A stretch of 64,000 bases of DNA from the human T2T-CHM13v2.0 reference genome, Homo sapiens: the NCBI RefSeq assembly GCF_009914755.1, contig NC_060927.1. The stretch is one strand, 5' to 3'. The notes under the pieces are model-generated. The model did no database searches, was not told where the DNA came from, and worked only from the letters and a program-made list of their open reading frames with translations. Position numbers and translations under genes: made by a program. Below, piece after piece: positions 17,734 through 39,163 of this stretch. The first letter of the stretch is position 1, and the number at the start of each line of letters is the position of its first letter.

Positions 17734-18114
17734 TCAAGTTTTGTCTTGACCACAGTTGTTTATAATTTGTTAAAAGAACTTGTCTGACATGCAATGAATG
17801 TTCTACCAAATAGTATCGCCTAGAAAATAATATGTTAATGAATTTCGGGAAAGAGCCCCTGTCCTTTCTCAGTCCCAGTATTGGTGCTTGCCATTTTCTT
17901 CACCATAAAACTGCTGCTGTCACAAGGTAAATGCTAGACTCCTTGGAAGTATCATATCAATTAAAAGTTATCACTGCCTTCAGTAAATAAATGTGCAAAA
18001 GGAGATCCAATGAATAAGCTGCAGGAAATGGCATCTACCCTGATGTCCATTCCCTACAAAGTGTAGGAGACAGGTGGAGAGAGCTGCATAAAGATGAGAC
18101 AAAAAATCAAAACA

Positions 18115-18404
18115 GGCCAGTCGTGGTAGCTCTTGCCTGTCATCCCAGCACTTTGGGAGGCCAAGGCGGGCGGATCACCTGAGGTCGGGAGTCTGAGACC
18201 AGCCTGACCAACGTGGAGAAACCCCGTCTCTACTAAAAATAAAAAATTAGTCGGCCATGGTGGTGGGTGCCTACAATCCCAGCTACTCGGGAAGCTGAGG
18301 CAGGAGAATCGCTTCAACCTGGGAGGCAGAGGTTGCGGTGAGCTGAGATTGCACTGTTCACTCCAACCTGGGCAACAAGAGCGAAACTCTGCCTCAAAAA
18401 AAAA
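18115..18404 (+). mobile_element. Alu
   Basis: Full dimer. Confidence 0.95.
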
Positions 18405-20114
18405 TTTTTTTTTTAATCAAAATTAAGCAAAACCAGCAAACAAACCCTAACGTGCTGTATTAGGAAAAGGCATAACTACATAATTTACTAAGTAGCCTTT
18501 ACAGCCCTGTGTCTTAGTGTGTTCGGGCTACTGTAACAGATGACCATAGACTGGATGGCTTACAAACAATAGATATTTATTCTCACAGTTCTGGAGGCTG
18601 GGAAGTCTAGGATCAAGTCACTAGCAGATTTGGTGTCTGGTGAGGACCCATTTCCTGGTTCATAGATGGCCACCTTCTTCCTGTGTTCTCGCATAATGAA
18701 AGCGACAAGGGAGCTCTCCAGGGTCTCTTTTATAAGGGCACTAATCACATTCATTAGGATACAACCCTCTTGACCTAATCATCCCCTCGAAGTCCCACCT
18801 CCTAATAACCCTCACACTGAGGGTTAGAATTTTAACATTTGAATTCGGTGGGTCGGAGGAAACAAACATTCAGGCTATAGCATTCCACCCCTGGCCACAG
18901 CAAATTCATGTCCTTCTCACATGCAAAATATATTAATTACATCCTAACAGCCCCCAAAATCTTAACTCATTCCATAGTATGATCTTAAGGTCAACTCTAT
19001 AGTCTAAAATCTAAAGTCCTATCTAAATATCTAGATCAGATATGGGAGAGACTCAAAGTACAATTCATGCTGAGGCAAATTGCTTTCTAGCTGTGAACCT
19101 GTAAAACAAAACAAGCTATGTGCTTCCAAAATACAATAATAGAACAGGTATAGGATGGACATCTCCATTCCAAAAGAGAAAAATAAGAAAGAGGAAAGTT
19201 ATAATAGGCCTCAAGGATGTCCAAACTGTAAGACAAACTCTATGAAACTTTAGGCTCAAGAATAATTCTCTTTGGCTTGATGCTCTGCCCTCCAGGTCCA
19301 CTGGGGAGAAGGTCTTGCCATTCAGTCCCACTGAGGTGGTGTTTCTGCTCTCACAACTCCACTTGGCAGGGATTTTGTCCCCAGAACACTAGTAGTTCAC
19401 ACAGGTTTGGACAGAGGCAATCTGGCCTATTAAAAGCAAGCCAGTGATCCCCCTTTTGAGACCAAGAAGGCAGCTCTGATCGTCCCTGAATTGCCTTTAG
19501 GGCCATTCTTCCTTTGTCTTGAAGAATAGTGCACATTCCTAGCCAAATGGTCCCATTTGGCTATCCAAGAAGTCTGACAGCCTTCCTTCCTTACTTCCCA
19601 TCTTCTTCCCCTCCACACATTCTTCTTAGGTGTCAGTTCAACTGCTACTTTTTCTCCTGGTGTGACTAATTAAATTCATGATTCACATCCATTCTAATCT
19701 CCCTTTCAAATGGTTGCTTGGCAACACTCTGAGCATTCTCATTTTTCACAATATGGATAGCTGGGAATTTTTCAACTGTTTAAATTCTGCTTGCTTTTTG
19801 CTTTAAAATTCTGTCTTTAAGTCATTTCTCTCTTCTGGCATTTTACTATAAGCAGTCAGGAGGAGCCAGGCCACGCCTTCAACACTTTGCTTAGAGATTT
19901 CCTCAGCCAAATATCCAATTTCATTGCTCTCAAGTTCTACATTCCGCAAAACAGTAGAACATGAACCCAACTCAGCCCAGTTCTTTGCCACTTTATACTA
20001 CAGACCACCTTTCCTCAGGTTTCCAGTAACATGTTTCTCATGTCCATTTGATACCTCACCAGAATGACCTGTACCGTCCATATTTCTACCAAAAATCTGT
20101 TCATGTTTATCTAG

Positions 20115-20473
20115 TGCATTAGCCCATTCTCACTTTGCTATAAATACCTACGTGAGACTGGGTAGTTAATAAAGAAAAGAGATGTAATTGACTCACAGTT
20201 CTGCAGGCTGTACAGGCCTCAGGAAACTTACAACCATGGTGGAAGGGGGAGGGGAAGCAAGCACATCTTCACGTGACAACAGGAGAGAGTGAAGGGGGAA
20301 GTGCCACATACTTTTAAACCATCAGATCCCATGAGAATTCACTCACTATCACAAGAACGGCAAGAGGGAAACTACCCCACGATCCAACGACCTCCCACCA
20401 GGTCCTTCCCCCAACATTGGAAATTACAATTAAACAAGAGATTTGGATGGGGACACAGAGCCAAACCATATCA
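20115..20473 (-). mobile_element. MST/THE1-type solo LTR nested in the MLT1 internal region
   Basis: tgcattagcccattctcac...gccaaaccatatca; 5-bp TSD (t/c)ctag. Confidence 0.8.
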
Positions 20474-20585
20474 CCTAGGTATCTATAAGAAGATGGAGGC
20501 CGTCTCTCCAGCAAGCCTCGCTTCCTTTTGAGCCCTCACCCGAATCACCTTTCCCAGTCACTTAATGGCAATATCAGCTTTTTCT

Positions 20586-22636
<2,051 letters not shown>

Positions 22637-22821
22637 CAATATCAGCTTTTTCTAGCAGGTACTGCAAAACTCTTCCAGCCCCTACCCCTTACCCAGATCC
22701 ACAACTGCTTCTACATTTTCAGATATTTGTTACAGCAACATCCCCATTTCTTGGTCCCAATTTCTTAGTTCACCTGGGCTGGAAAGTCTGAGATCAAGGC
22801 ACTGGCAGATTCCGTGTCTGA

Positions 22822-23189
<368 letters not shown>

Positions 23190-23573
23190 TTATAAGGTAA
23201 CTAATCTCATTTATGAGGGCTCCACCCTTATACATAATCACCTCCCAAAGTCTTCACATCCCAATCACATCACAGTAGAGGTGAGGATTTCAATATGTGC
23301 ATGTGTGGGGTGGGGGGCTGGGCACAAATATTTAGCCTATAGTACCCTGCTAATTAATGTGGATTTTATTCAGCAAGGGTGGGGATCATTCATTATCTCC
23401 ATTCAAGGACACCTTTGATACTTTTTTGAACTTCGTAGCACAAGGCACTCCTTCCTCCTCCACATTTCCCCTTCCAAGGGCCCCATTCCCACTTTCTTCC
23501 TCCCATCTCTCTAACTCCCAAGGCTCCTTTCACATGCCATTAAATGTGACCCTCTGCTATCCTCTCCACACTC

Positions 23574-23886
<313 letters not shown>

Positions 23887-24129
23887 TCTCTCCACACTCT
23901 TCTTAGATGTCCCATCTGCTCCTCCAAGCATCAGACCAGTGTTCCCCAGGTGTGTTCAGTCAGATGACCTGTTGGCACCTCAACATGTTCAAAGCTGAAC
24001 TTACCATCCTGCCACATTGCTACTAACCTCATTACCTTGAACCTCTTCCCTAATCTAGACTTCAGCAAACATATCCAACTTTTCCTACCTTTGGTCTTGT
24101 TTTATCTAATCCATTTACTGTGCAGCCCC

Positions 24130-24351
24130 CAGGGTACAGAAACAGCTGGATTGTTACATCATAGTGTTTGCCTTATTTGAACACAGTTCGAACAGTTGGC
24201 CACCTTTGGCCGAAACTCAGTGATTGGTACAAGACTAGATTACAGTCTGTTTACATATCCAGTTAGGTGACACTTCACTATGTATGGAGAAACCTTTAGG
24301 CTGAACTTAAAATATGTAAGGAGGCAGCTTTAGCCTAAATTTAATTTAACA
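24130..24351 (-). mobile_element. ERV1 LTR fragment (MER57-like)
   Basis: ggagaaacctttaggctgaacttaaaatatgtaaggaggcagctttag..ttaaca. Confidence 0.65.
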
Positions 24352-24633
24352 GGTGGTAGCAAAGGTTCTAAGGAGGGAGATTCTTCATTCAACAAGCAGG
24401 GAACCCTACCCGAGAGGGGCAACATGAAGGCACGCAGGCTTGGGCTCACTCCTGTTTCCCAGCTCATCCTTGTAATAAATGTTTTTCACCATCAGGACAT
24501 ACTTCTTGTTTACATATGACCTTTAGCAGAATACGTATACATGATATAAAACAGGATGATTGCCAAGTAGCAATTTTAACTGCTACAATACACTTTATCA
24601 GCTCTCATATATCTACCTGTTTGAAAATGCTTA

Positions 24634-24961
<328 letters not shown>

Positions 24962-24981
24962 TTATCCCTTTACTGAAATGA

Positions 24982-25327
<346 letters not shown>

Positions 25328-26334
25328 ATGAAAAAAGCTTTCAGTGTTCCGATGAGTTCCCTGATATGCCCAGGATATGCTTGTATTACACTGTATCATA
25401 GGGCAACCCGGTTTTAGAGAGCCAACCTGGAACACAAACTAGACGAAAAGGACAGATAATAAAGTAACATAAAACAAATATATGTGTGTGTTTACTTTAA
25501 CATAAAAATATGAAAAATGGGAGTTTATTTGAAATTACATATTATTCTGTATTGTTTACTTTTATGTTACATAAATGTTATTATTTAAGCAAAAGAACAA
25601 TAAGAAATTATCAGTGACAGTAGTAGCAAATACTAGTACTGATTAAACAAATAATATGTGTGAGAAAATATAACAATATTTTATAATGTTTCTATTCTCT
25701 GATATAGCAATTTATTTTAATTCTCTTTGTTGCATAATTAAATTTGGCAGACTATTATTACGTATTCTTAAAATGAACACTTTAAAACAGAACATGAATA
25801 CATTTGGAATAAACAGTTTATGACCTACATTTAATTTAAAATAACATATTTTTTGGTCCCATAATACAGAATACTTTTTCTGTTTCCTTTTCCAATAATA
25901 TTCTCTAACTACCTGCAGCCAGTTTAGGGCATCTGTCTTGTCTTTTATATAGTAATAAAACTGAACACATTCTAGTGTAAAAATTCACTTTGCCTTGCTG
26001 CGCTGCTCTTATACAACCCCCATTACACTGATTCCCGGTGCCAGTCCATGAGGACATCAAGCTCAGTATCCTCTCAACAAAAGTATTTGAGCATGGAATA
26101 CTTGGGATTTACTTAGGAGCAAGAGCAGGTTTTCAGACTTGCAGGAATTTGTTTCCAGCTCTCCAAGGGTGCCCACTCGCTTTGCAGCCACAGGCTTGTT
26201 TTGACTGATCAGCTGTTTGTCAGTCAGGTCCTTTGCTTCTGTTAACATATGGCTGGCAACAATGATAGCTGTCTTGTAGGCACAATCTAAGGAAGCCATC
26301 TCCTTCCATTTTTATAATGTCAGAATTTCATTAA

Positions 26335-26871
<537 letters not shown>

Positions 26872-27106
26872 TAGCAACAATTTTTGTTTTCTCCCATTTT
26901 ATGAAAATTTTCACAGAAATAAAGAAGATAATTTCAAACTGCATTTTTCAAACCAAGTACCTACAAACGAGGGAGAACATTTTTTTGTTGCTGCTGCAAT
27001 TTGATATACTGCTTGATACAGTGTAGAAAACCCCTGTAGTAATATCTGACAGATGGCAGTTCTCCACTGTAAGGGGCCAATATATCCATTATCAAAATTT
27101 TCCTCT

Positions 27107-27397
27107 GGCCTGGGTGTGGTAACTCATGCCTGTAAGTCCACCACTTTGGAAGGCCAAGGCAGAAGAATCGCTTAAGGCCAGGAGTTCAAGATTAGCCGGG
27201 GCAACATAGCAAGTGATGAATCACTACTAAAAATTTTAAAATGAGCCAAGTATGGAGGCACATACCTATAGTCCTAGCGACTGGGGAGGCTAAGGCAGGA
27301 GGATCACTTGAACCCAGGATGGAGGCTGTGATGAGCTATGATCATGCCAGTGCACTCTAGCCTGGTAACAGAGCAAAACCCTGTCAAAAAAAAAAAA
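27107..27397 (+). mobile_element. AluJ-like
   Basis: Diverged dimer. Confidence 0.85.
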
Positions 27398-28240
27398 TCC
27401 CTTTTGCTCACCCTTGGGAGATTTTAGTTGGAACCTGAATCAGTCATCTGAATGTGATTTTATTGGGTCTCACAAAGCAATCAAAGAAATGATAATATAT
27501 GGTCATTCACGTGTTCTGCCCAAACTTATTTAGCAGCTGCTATTTTCAACTGGTAAGTGTCTTTGGGAGGGGATGAAATTTTTGATTGATTTAGAAGGAC
27601 TTGCCTGTCTGAGCTCAGACATGTGAGATTCAGTCTTCATATATGCTTTCCCATCCCCTTCTTCACCGCTCTTAATCCCAAATGCTTTTCTGTCTAGTGT
27701 GCAGAATGTACTCTCTTGTTTATTTACCTTCCTTATCCTTATTTTGTTGTTGTTGCTGCTGCAATTTGATGTACTGCTTGATACAGTGTAGAAAACAGTC
27801 CTTCCATCCATCATTAAAATAACAGTCATTTAACTTTCTTTTATGATGATGTTTATATCATGCTAGCTTTGGTATTGTAATCCTTCTCAGTTTCATTTCC
27901 TGAACTCTTAGAAAATATGATCACATTACTCACTGTGTTAAAATTAAACTAGCACTATCTCAATACTAAACACAATAGAGAATCCACAGGCCAAATCAAA
28001 GATGAGCTGTTGACACTCACACTTATCATGCACTTAGGTCATGAGTTTAAGTTGCATCACTTAGAGTAATGCACACATGGATGGCATCACTCAGAGTAAT
28101 GCTCAAATTACTTAGAGTAATGCACAAATCAATTATTGTAAACTGCCAACCCTAATGGCCGACATCAATAACCAGGAGGGAAAAAAAGACCATAGCAACT
28201 CTGGAAAGCAGTTAATCTATGCTGTATCTATTCACCACTA

Positions 28241-28666
<426 letters not shown>

Positions 28667-28736
28667 TCATGTACTGGGAAGGGTTTCCTGGGAACCCTGT
28701 GGCCTCACTGGGCACACCCTGGTCTCCACCTGCTTA

Positions 28737-29309
<573 letters not shown>

Positions 29310-29336
29310 TTAATTCATTTAATCATTCCATTCTGA

Positions 29337-29696
<360 letters not shown>

Positions 29697-29883
29697 TTCT
29701 CTGTCTTCTTTATGGAAAATACACTCAAATTTTAGGTCTCTTGTTCTAGTCTGAACAGGCTCATATGAATTAGGAAATGGGACTGGCGTTCTAATTAAAA
29801 ATCAATCTGATATTCAGAATGCTCCATGAGTCACATCAGTATTAAAGATGAAACTGAATCAGGCTTAAAAGTCATGGTCATAT

Positions 29884-30122
29884 CACCTGAGGTCAGGAGT
29901 TCAAGACCAGCTTGGCCAACGTGGCAAAACACTGCCTCTACTAAAAATTAGCTGGGCATGGTGGAGGGTGCCTGTAATCCCAGCCACTCAGGAGGCTGAG
30001 GCAGGAGGATTGCTTGAACCTGGGAGGCGGAGGTTGCAGTGAGCCGAGATCACACTACTGCACTCTAGCCTAGGCAACAGAGTGAGACTCCACCTCAAAA
30101 AAAAAAGAAAAAGAAAAGAAAG
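29884..30122 (+). mobile_element. Alu (5'-truncated)
   Basis: Starts at tcacctgaggtcagg. Confidence 0.9.
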
Positions 30123-30652
30123 ATAAAACTACCTGTAAATTCTCTGTTACATCAATTTCTACATTTTAATTATTTTTTTCTTTAGTTTGTTGTGATCTAT
30201 TCCTTTTTAAACAAATATGCTCCTGCTAAAACTAGTCCAAGAGCCATACTGACATGTTTTTAAAAATCACAAATCACTCAGTATTTACTGAAAAGCTTGT
30301 AATTTCAACTTCACAGATTTTTCTTAGTAAATCCATTGTAGTAAATGACACTGGGAAGCATAAATGGTTACCATTTAGTAGTAGTGATTTATCCTGTCCA
30401 CCTAAGTAAGAAGGGAACAACCTAAAGTTTGCACTTATAACCCACATTTTAAGTGTGGAAAATGATATTTTCTCTCAGTTTTTGTATCATTTGTTAATTC
30501 AATTTGAGAGCTTCCAATTTGTTTGAACAGAAAATATAAAATTCTACTCAGTAGCTGTCTTGGAGTGTTTGGTGGCTGTGACTTGAGCCAGGAAACTTTA
30601 CCTCAAGTCATGGGCAAAGATTAGGGGCCATTTGGAGCTATTGTCCCTCTAG

Positions 30653-30678
30653 ACACACACACACACACACACACGCAC
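30653..30678. repeat. (CA)n microsatellite
   Basis: Direct read. Confidence 0.9.
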
Positions 30679-31176
30679 AGAGCATTTGTATTAGAATTAG
30701 TTCTTGATTTAACATTAGTTCAAAGACTTTAAATTCCAACTGAGCATAGGTATGGGACAGAGGGAAAATCTGAATTATTTTATTCTCTCTCACTGCTGGC
30801 AACGTAAGACCTACTGTCTAAATTCAACAAGATCCCCACCTATTGCTGAAAGATATAAATTGTTATATCTTTCCTCACAAGTTAAACATGGGTGTAGATT
30901 TCTGTTCAATAGCATGAAAAAATAAAAGCAGGGAAATGCCAAGTGAACAAACAGGCAAAGATGAGCCCTGAATCTTCACTCGGGAAACTGATAACACAGA
31001 GATTATAGAGTGTTATCAAATTCTAAAGGAGTTACACTAAAAGTCATTTTAAAATTCCCAGTAACTAATCTGATTATGCAGAAGTCAAAACTCATTAAAA
31101 AGGCTGAAATATAAAGTAGGTCTCAGAGAAGTCAAACATTTGCTTTTCTTAATTGGCCCTGAGTATTTATTCTTGA

Positions 31177-31554
<378 letters not shown>

Positions 31555-31616
31555 CTGGTTTTTCTTGCCCACTTAGGAAACAAAGTTCTCCTTTTTCGGG
31601 TTACTTATTTTCATGT

Positions 31617-32021
31617 TGACATAATTTGGATATTTGTTCCTGCCAAATCTCATGTTGAATTGCAATCCCCAGGGCTGGAGGTGGGGCCTGGTGGGAGGTG
31701 TTTGGATCATGGGGCAGATCCCTCATGAATGGTTTGGTGCTGTCCTCACGATGGTGAGTGGGTTCTCGTGAGATCTGGTCGTTTAAAAGTGTGTGGCCCC
31801 TCCCTTCCCACACTCTCTTGCTCCTGCTCTGGCCATGTGAAGTGCCTGCTCCCGCTTCACCTTCCACCATGAGTAAAAGCTTCCTGAGGCCTGCCCAGAA
31901 GCAGGTGCTGGAGCTGTGTTTCCTGGACAGCCTACAGAACCATGAGCCAATTAAACCTCTTTTCTTATAAATTACCCAGTCTCACCTATTTCTTTATAGC
32001 AATTCAAGAACAGCCTCACAC
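31617..32021 (+). mobile_element. MST-type MaLR solo LTR
   Basis: ccaaatctcatgttgaattg...attaaacctcttttcttataaattacccagtctc. Confidence 0.85.
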
Positions 32022-32413
32022 ATGTGTGTTTATTATACAACAGGCACTGTTATGAATGCTTAACATATATAGTAGCTCTTTAAGCCTCACAACCTATGAG
32101 GGGGTGATGAGCTCCCCATTTTGCAGAAGAAGAAACTGAGGCACAGAGATACCAGGTTAACACCTAATGTCTATAAATTCCAGACAGACCCCATGGCAGC
32201 TCAGAACAGCTAGCTGGTCAGCCCAGGTCCCGTCCCTCCTCACCTGCCCTTCCTCCCCCATGCAGCACGGATCATCCCAAGTTCCCATCAGAAGGAAAGG
32301 GCAGGGGAACAGGTGGGTGGGGTCAAGAGAAGCAATCCAAGAAGGAAGAGCATTTGCTTCACTGTCTGAGGTTTGGAATCATTTGTGTTTTGCTACCTCC
32401 TGCGTTTTGCTAG

Positions 32414-32741
<328 letters not shown>

Positions 32742-33106
32742 TAACCTTTTCCTAGCCCTCCATCTTCATGTTTCTAAATAGCACTGCTTTGCTAGAAAAA
32801 GAGTGAACCACCCTCTTTTGTGTACCTACAGATTTCCCCCAGAAGGAAAGTTAAAGGACGAGGGGAAGGGACCTGAGGTGGCAATTGCTGCTATCAGCCA
32901 TTTGATTCTTTTACACTAGGAAACAAGATCCAGGCAGTGGTACTGATTTAGGCTGCATTTGTTAAAGAGGCTGCTTTATGGAACTGAACATTTAAGGATG
33001 GTTAGAGACGTGGAAAACAATGATAGAACACTGGCCTAACTCAGAAGGCAGAACACTTTTTCGTAAAGGGCCAGATAGTAAACACTTTAGCCTCTAGGGG
33101 TCATAG

Positions 33107-33460
<354 letters not shown>

Positions 33461-33628
33461 TTCAATTCTGCTCTTGTAGCACAAAAGCAGTCATAGACAG
33501 TAAGAAAACAAATGGGCGTGGGTGTGTTCCAATACAATTTATAGACACTGAGATTTCAATTTTATATAATTTCATGCATCAATGAAAAAGTATTTGTCTT
33601 CTGATTTTTTCAACCATTTAAAAATGTA

Positions 33629-33951
<323 letters not shown>

Positions 33952-34654
33952 TTAGCTGTGGACCACACAAAACAGACATTTGGTCCACAGGCTGTATTTT
34001 CTGACCCCTGAAGTAGCAAATAGAAAGAGGGAAGGACGATTGAGAGTGCTGCAGAGGGCAATCTTTTCTTATTTGTAGAAATGATGTGTTAAAAAAGAAA
34101 GGAAGAATGAAATGAAAAAGAAAAAAAGACAGAAGAAACCAGACAAACTTAGGGAAATAAATCATGAAAAACTAGGCCATGTACAACTCTGTAGACCTTT
34201 TTGAGAACCTTTGCTTTAAGTGAAATGGTTGTGATTAGAGGGTTTTGAGCAGAGAAATGCTGTGATCTGATTTATGTTTTTAAAGGATCATGAGGTCCAA
34301 CTTTAACCTGGTTTTGGAAGAGGAAGTAGTTGGAATTGAGTGTATGAATTCACAAATAAAACACCAAGGGGAAATTCTCTCCTAATACTTAATTATTCTC
34401 CCAGTTGTGTGTGCTCAATTAGTTCATGGCTTAGCTAAATCACAGGATATAACTAAATCAAAGCGGAATACTTTCAACCAGAGTAAAGTTTTTTCCCTCC
34501 GTGTGTCCAAAGACTTTTCTCTATTGAATCCGATGCATGATAAAAAGACATTTGGATTCCATTTAGATCCTTATTGGCCAGAAACAAGCTCCAAAGTTTG
34601 GATATTCGTGCTGGACAAATTATTTTTCTTTTTGAAACCAGTTTGTATAATTCA

Positions 34655-35024
<370 letters not shown>

Positions 35025-36019
35025 TTATATTTCTGTGTTAGTGCCCCCTTCCCTTGGCAGAATGTTGGCTACAGAGATAAGGCTGACTAAATAATCCTAG
35101 TGGCTCAATGCAATTGCCTTGTGCATCTTACCATCTTCAAGGTACCCACATCAAGGGACAGTAAGTAAATGAGGATTAAGTGATAGGTAAGGCACCAAGC
35201 ATCATGCCTGGTGCCCAGTAGATGAAAAAATGGGCCCTGGTGCTGAGTTATATGGCAACCTGCTCAGGCTGGAAAGGAGAAGACAAACCCTTCTACCTCT
35301 GGCTATTTTCATCATGGGTTCCCCCAGCTCCTGCTTTTCCTTTCTGGACCATGCTCCGTGTTGATTCATTCACCCAGATGTTTCCTGCTTCCTTGCATAA
35401 GAAGTATATGATGGTCACATTAGCTCTCACTACCAGAGATGGAAACTCTGGCACCCAAAAGAGGTCTCTTGCTGGGACTAGCTTCCCTAGACTCAGTCTC
35501 TTGGCCAGAATCTTCACTTGGCCAACGCAGACACTTTGAAATTCTTCTATCAGAGCTCTTACCTACAAAATATCTATGCAACAAAATGACAGCTTTTAAA
35601 CAAAATGAAAGAGACTCTTTATATAAAGCCTCCCTGTGCAGAATAAATGAGGAGAAGCTCATAGTCCAGCACCTGGCTTAGGTAAGCTTCCTCTTATACC
35701 GTTTGGTCCTCCGAGATAAGAGAAAAGCCCCTGAGGGTTAGGCCGTCAGATGGGGAAATGGCAGCCTCCATTCTTGTGCTAGAGAGGGTCCTTTAAAAGC
35801 TGTGCATAAATGGTTTACTTTTCTTTTCTGAAAGGAGAAGAAAAATGTAGATGGAAGCAAAACAAAAATACAGTTTCCTCATTTTATTATTTTAGATTTT
35901 TCTTTTATTTTTATTGATACCTAATCAATGTACATATTTTCTGGGTATATGCGATAATTTGATAGAGTCATATGATCAAATCAGGGTAACTGGGATGCCC
36001 ATCACCTTAAATATTTGTC

Positions 36020-36406
36020 TTTTCTTTCTTCTCTTTCTTTCCTTCTTCCCTTCCCTTCCCCTTCCTTCCTTCCTTCTTTCCTTCCTTCCTTCCTTCCTTC
36101 CTCTCTCTCTTTCTGTCTTTCTCTTTCTCTCTGCCATACTCTGTCACCCAGGCTGGAGTGCAGTGGCACAATCATGGTTCACTGCAGCCTCAAACTTCCC
36201 AGGCTCAGGTGATCCTCTCACCTTAGCCTCCTGAGTAGCCAGGACCATAGGTGTGCAACACCATGCTCAGCTAATTTTTGTATTTTTAGTAAAGACAGGG
36301 TTTCACCATGTTGCTCAGCCTGGTCTCAAACTCCTGGGCTCCAGCAATCTGCCTGCCTTGGCCTCCCAAAGTGCTGAGATTATAGGCATGAGACACCTCA
36401 CCCAGC
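36020..36406 (-). mobile_element. AluJ-like with (CTTC/CT)n tail
   Basis: Polypyrimidine tract 36020-36130 followed by a reverse Alu. Confidence 0.85.
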
Positions 36407-37246
36407 TTTGTGTTTTCTTTATGCTAGGAACATTTGAATTATTTCCTTCTAACTATTTTCCTTATTTTAAACCTGTGTGGGAAGAGCAGCCTCTGCAGGT
36501 AGGATCTGTGAGGTCCCATTCCTCATAGTGGACAAGCAGGGAGATGCCAAATTTAGAGCAAAATTATTGATCTTGTCACAATTTTGTTTTCAAACTATAT
36601 AACTTACCAAAAAATGTATTTTTTGATCAGGATAATTTAAATTCTCTAACATGTTAGGTTCACTTGTTAAGAGATCTCATTCAATTAGTGAAAATAAAAC
36701 AGCAATTCTAGATAAAACAGTAAGCCCCAAAATTGAATTTCCCATGTCATTTAATGTCTACACATTATGAGCTATGAAGATGTCCTCTGAGAAGAGATAT
36801 AATGCTTCCCAGTCCTTAACCTGATTTTCCCGACCTTTCCTACTTTTCTTGTCCTTACCTATTCACGCACTTTACATGTACTCTGATACATGGACTGGGA
36901 GTGTTCTAGAGAACGGGGATATGTCTTCCCAGCATATCACAGGACCTCGCCTGGGACCAGAATCATTCTGTTCATTTTCCAAGATCCAATTATCACTTGT
37001 AACCAAGGTGAATGCTTGGCAAGAGCCTGTGTCCTGGGTTTGGTTTTAAGGAAGGTGTTTTCCTCTTCTTCTATTATTAAGGCTGTTCATAACCTACGTA
37101 ATCTGCTTTCTCCCCTTTGTGCTTATGAAAAGTTCGTTTTTGTCTAGGATGAAAACTATGGCAGCCAAATCTCCTCCAAAACTAAGTAATAGCACACCTG
37201 CCGTACCCACAGTACTTTTGAGACCCTCTAGTTAGTATTATTGTAA

Positions 37247-37639
<393 letters not shown>

Positions 37640-37830
37640 TAGTTCCCATTATGTGCCATGGACTGCACATCATATACATTTTTGCTAATCCTTACACCAA
37701 CCCTACACAATAGATATTTTTATCCTAATGTTAGAGATAAGGAAACTGATGCTCAGAGAGCTTAAGTGACTTACCCAAGATCACACAGCTAGTAAGTGAC
37801 AGAGTGAGAATCAGATCTGACTGCACTCAG
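37640..37830 (-). mobile_element. MIR
   Basis: gataaggaaactgatgctcagagagcttaagtgacttacccaagatcacacagctagtaagt core. Confidence 0.8.
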
Positions 37831-39016
37831 GTCTGACGGACTCCGAATTGCCTCCTCTTGCCACTGGGCAATGGGCCTTTGAGTTGTTCCCTCACATGTC
37901 TGTGAGGCCAGACCCTGAGTCTGAGATTCTGGGGTCCCCTCAGTGCTGCCAGTTCCTTAGTCCCTAAGACTGTTAAGACCACAGAGCCCATGGCCAGTGA
38001 ATCCAGCAGGGGAATAAATATGCAGATGATATAAGACAGCAAAAATCAGCCCAGGGCTGGGACTGGAAGGCCTGGGTGAGGAAAGGAACCTGCTCTCTAG
38101 GAGTCAGGACACCCCGGTCCTGGCCCTGACTCAGCTCCCACAGGGCCTTCAGCCAGTCCCCACAGGGCCCATAGCCTGGTGGTCAATCACTGTCCCTGGT
38201 GGGATACCCTGTGAGCCGCACTTTACTCCCCAGAGAACCAGGGGCTTTGCCTGCAGGATGCTGTCTAAGCTTTTCTGGTTCTGAGAATTCTGGGATTCTT
38301 CCAGGAGCCCTGGGGGATGCCTGGTCAATAGGTAACTGTCTCTGCTGCCAGGAACCCGGGGCCTGGGGGGAGACAGGCGAGGGCACGCCCAGAGCAGCTG
38401 CAGTTTTTATCAGGAGAGACGTGTCACCCAAGGGCCTGGATAAGACTCCCCCACTTCCGCAGCCCTCCTCCTGCTTTGTCTCCTAGGATAGAATAGAGCA
38501 CGATAGGATGAGGTGGGACAGATGAGGACTTCACACACTGTAAGGGTAAACATTGTTTCGTCTGCTTGTGTTTGAATTCTATAAATGTATTTCTGTGTTG
38601 GGTAAAATTTGCGTCTCCCTGAGGTTGCACTCTAAGGAGTATGGAAAACCTGGCTCTAGACTAACTGGGCCCCCCGTGGTGCTCCAGGCATCCCCACCCT
38701 CACCTGTGGCACCTGGAGCTCCTGCTGTCACCGGCCCAGCTGGGTCCTGTGTCTTTCTCTGGTTGTCAGGGCCTGCGCTGACAGTCCCCCCACAGGGAGG
38801 TGGAATCTGGGGTTGACAGGGCTGGGAGGATCCTTCCTCTTTCCAGGCTCAGGCAAATCCTCGCCTGGAGGCGGGGAATGGGCTAGATGACCCCTGAAAC
38901 AGTTCAGTCCAGGGTCTGAGAGCCCCTCTGTGCCCAGCGCTGTGCCCCCTCCCCTTCCTACGCTTCCCTGCAGGGCCCGCGAGAGAGAGGGGAAAGCAGC
39001 TGCCAGCTCCAGGCAG

Positions 39017-39163
39017 TCATTTTACCCCAGGTGCCACTTACCCTGCGGAGGGGCTGGAACCAGCTAATCATTTTACCTGGAGGTGCCACTTACCCTGCAG
39101 AGGGGCTGGAATCAGCTAATCATTTTACCTGGAGTTGTCATTTACCCTGCGGAGGGGCTGGAG
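39017..39163. repeat. 52-bp minisatellite, ~2.8 copies
   Basis: Unit gtgccacttaccctgc(g/a)gaggggctggaa(c/t)cagctaatcattttacctggag at 39031 and 39083; partial unit at 39135. Confidence 0.9.

Noticed and set aside
39017-39163. CRISPR-like repeat array
   Set aside because: Head-to-tail tandem units without unique spacers in a mammalian genome; a simple minisatellite
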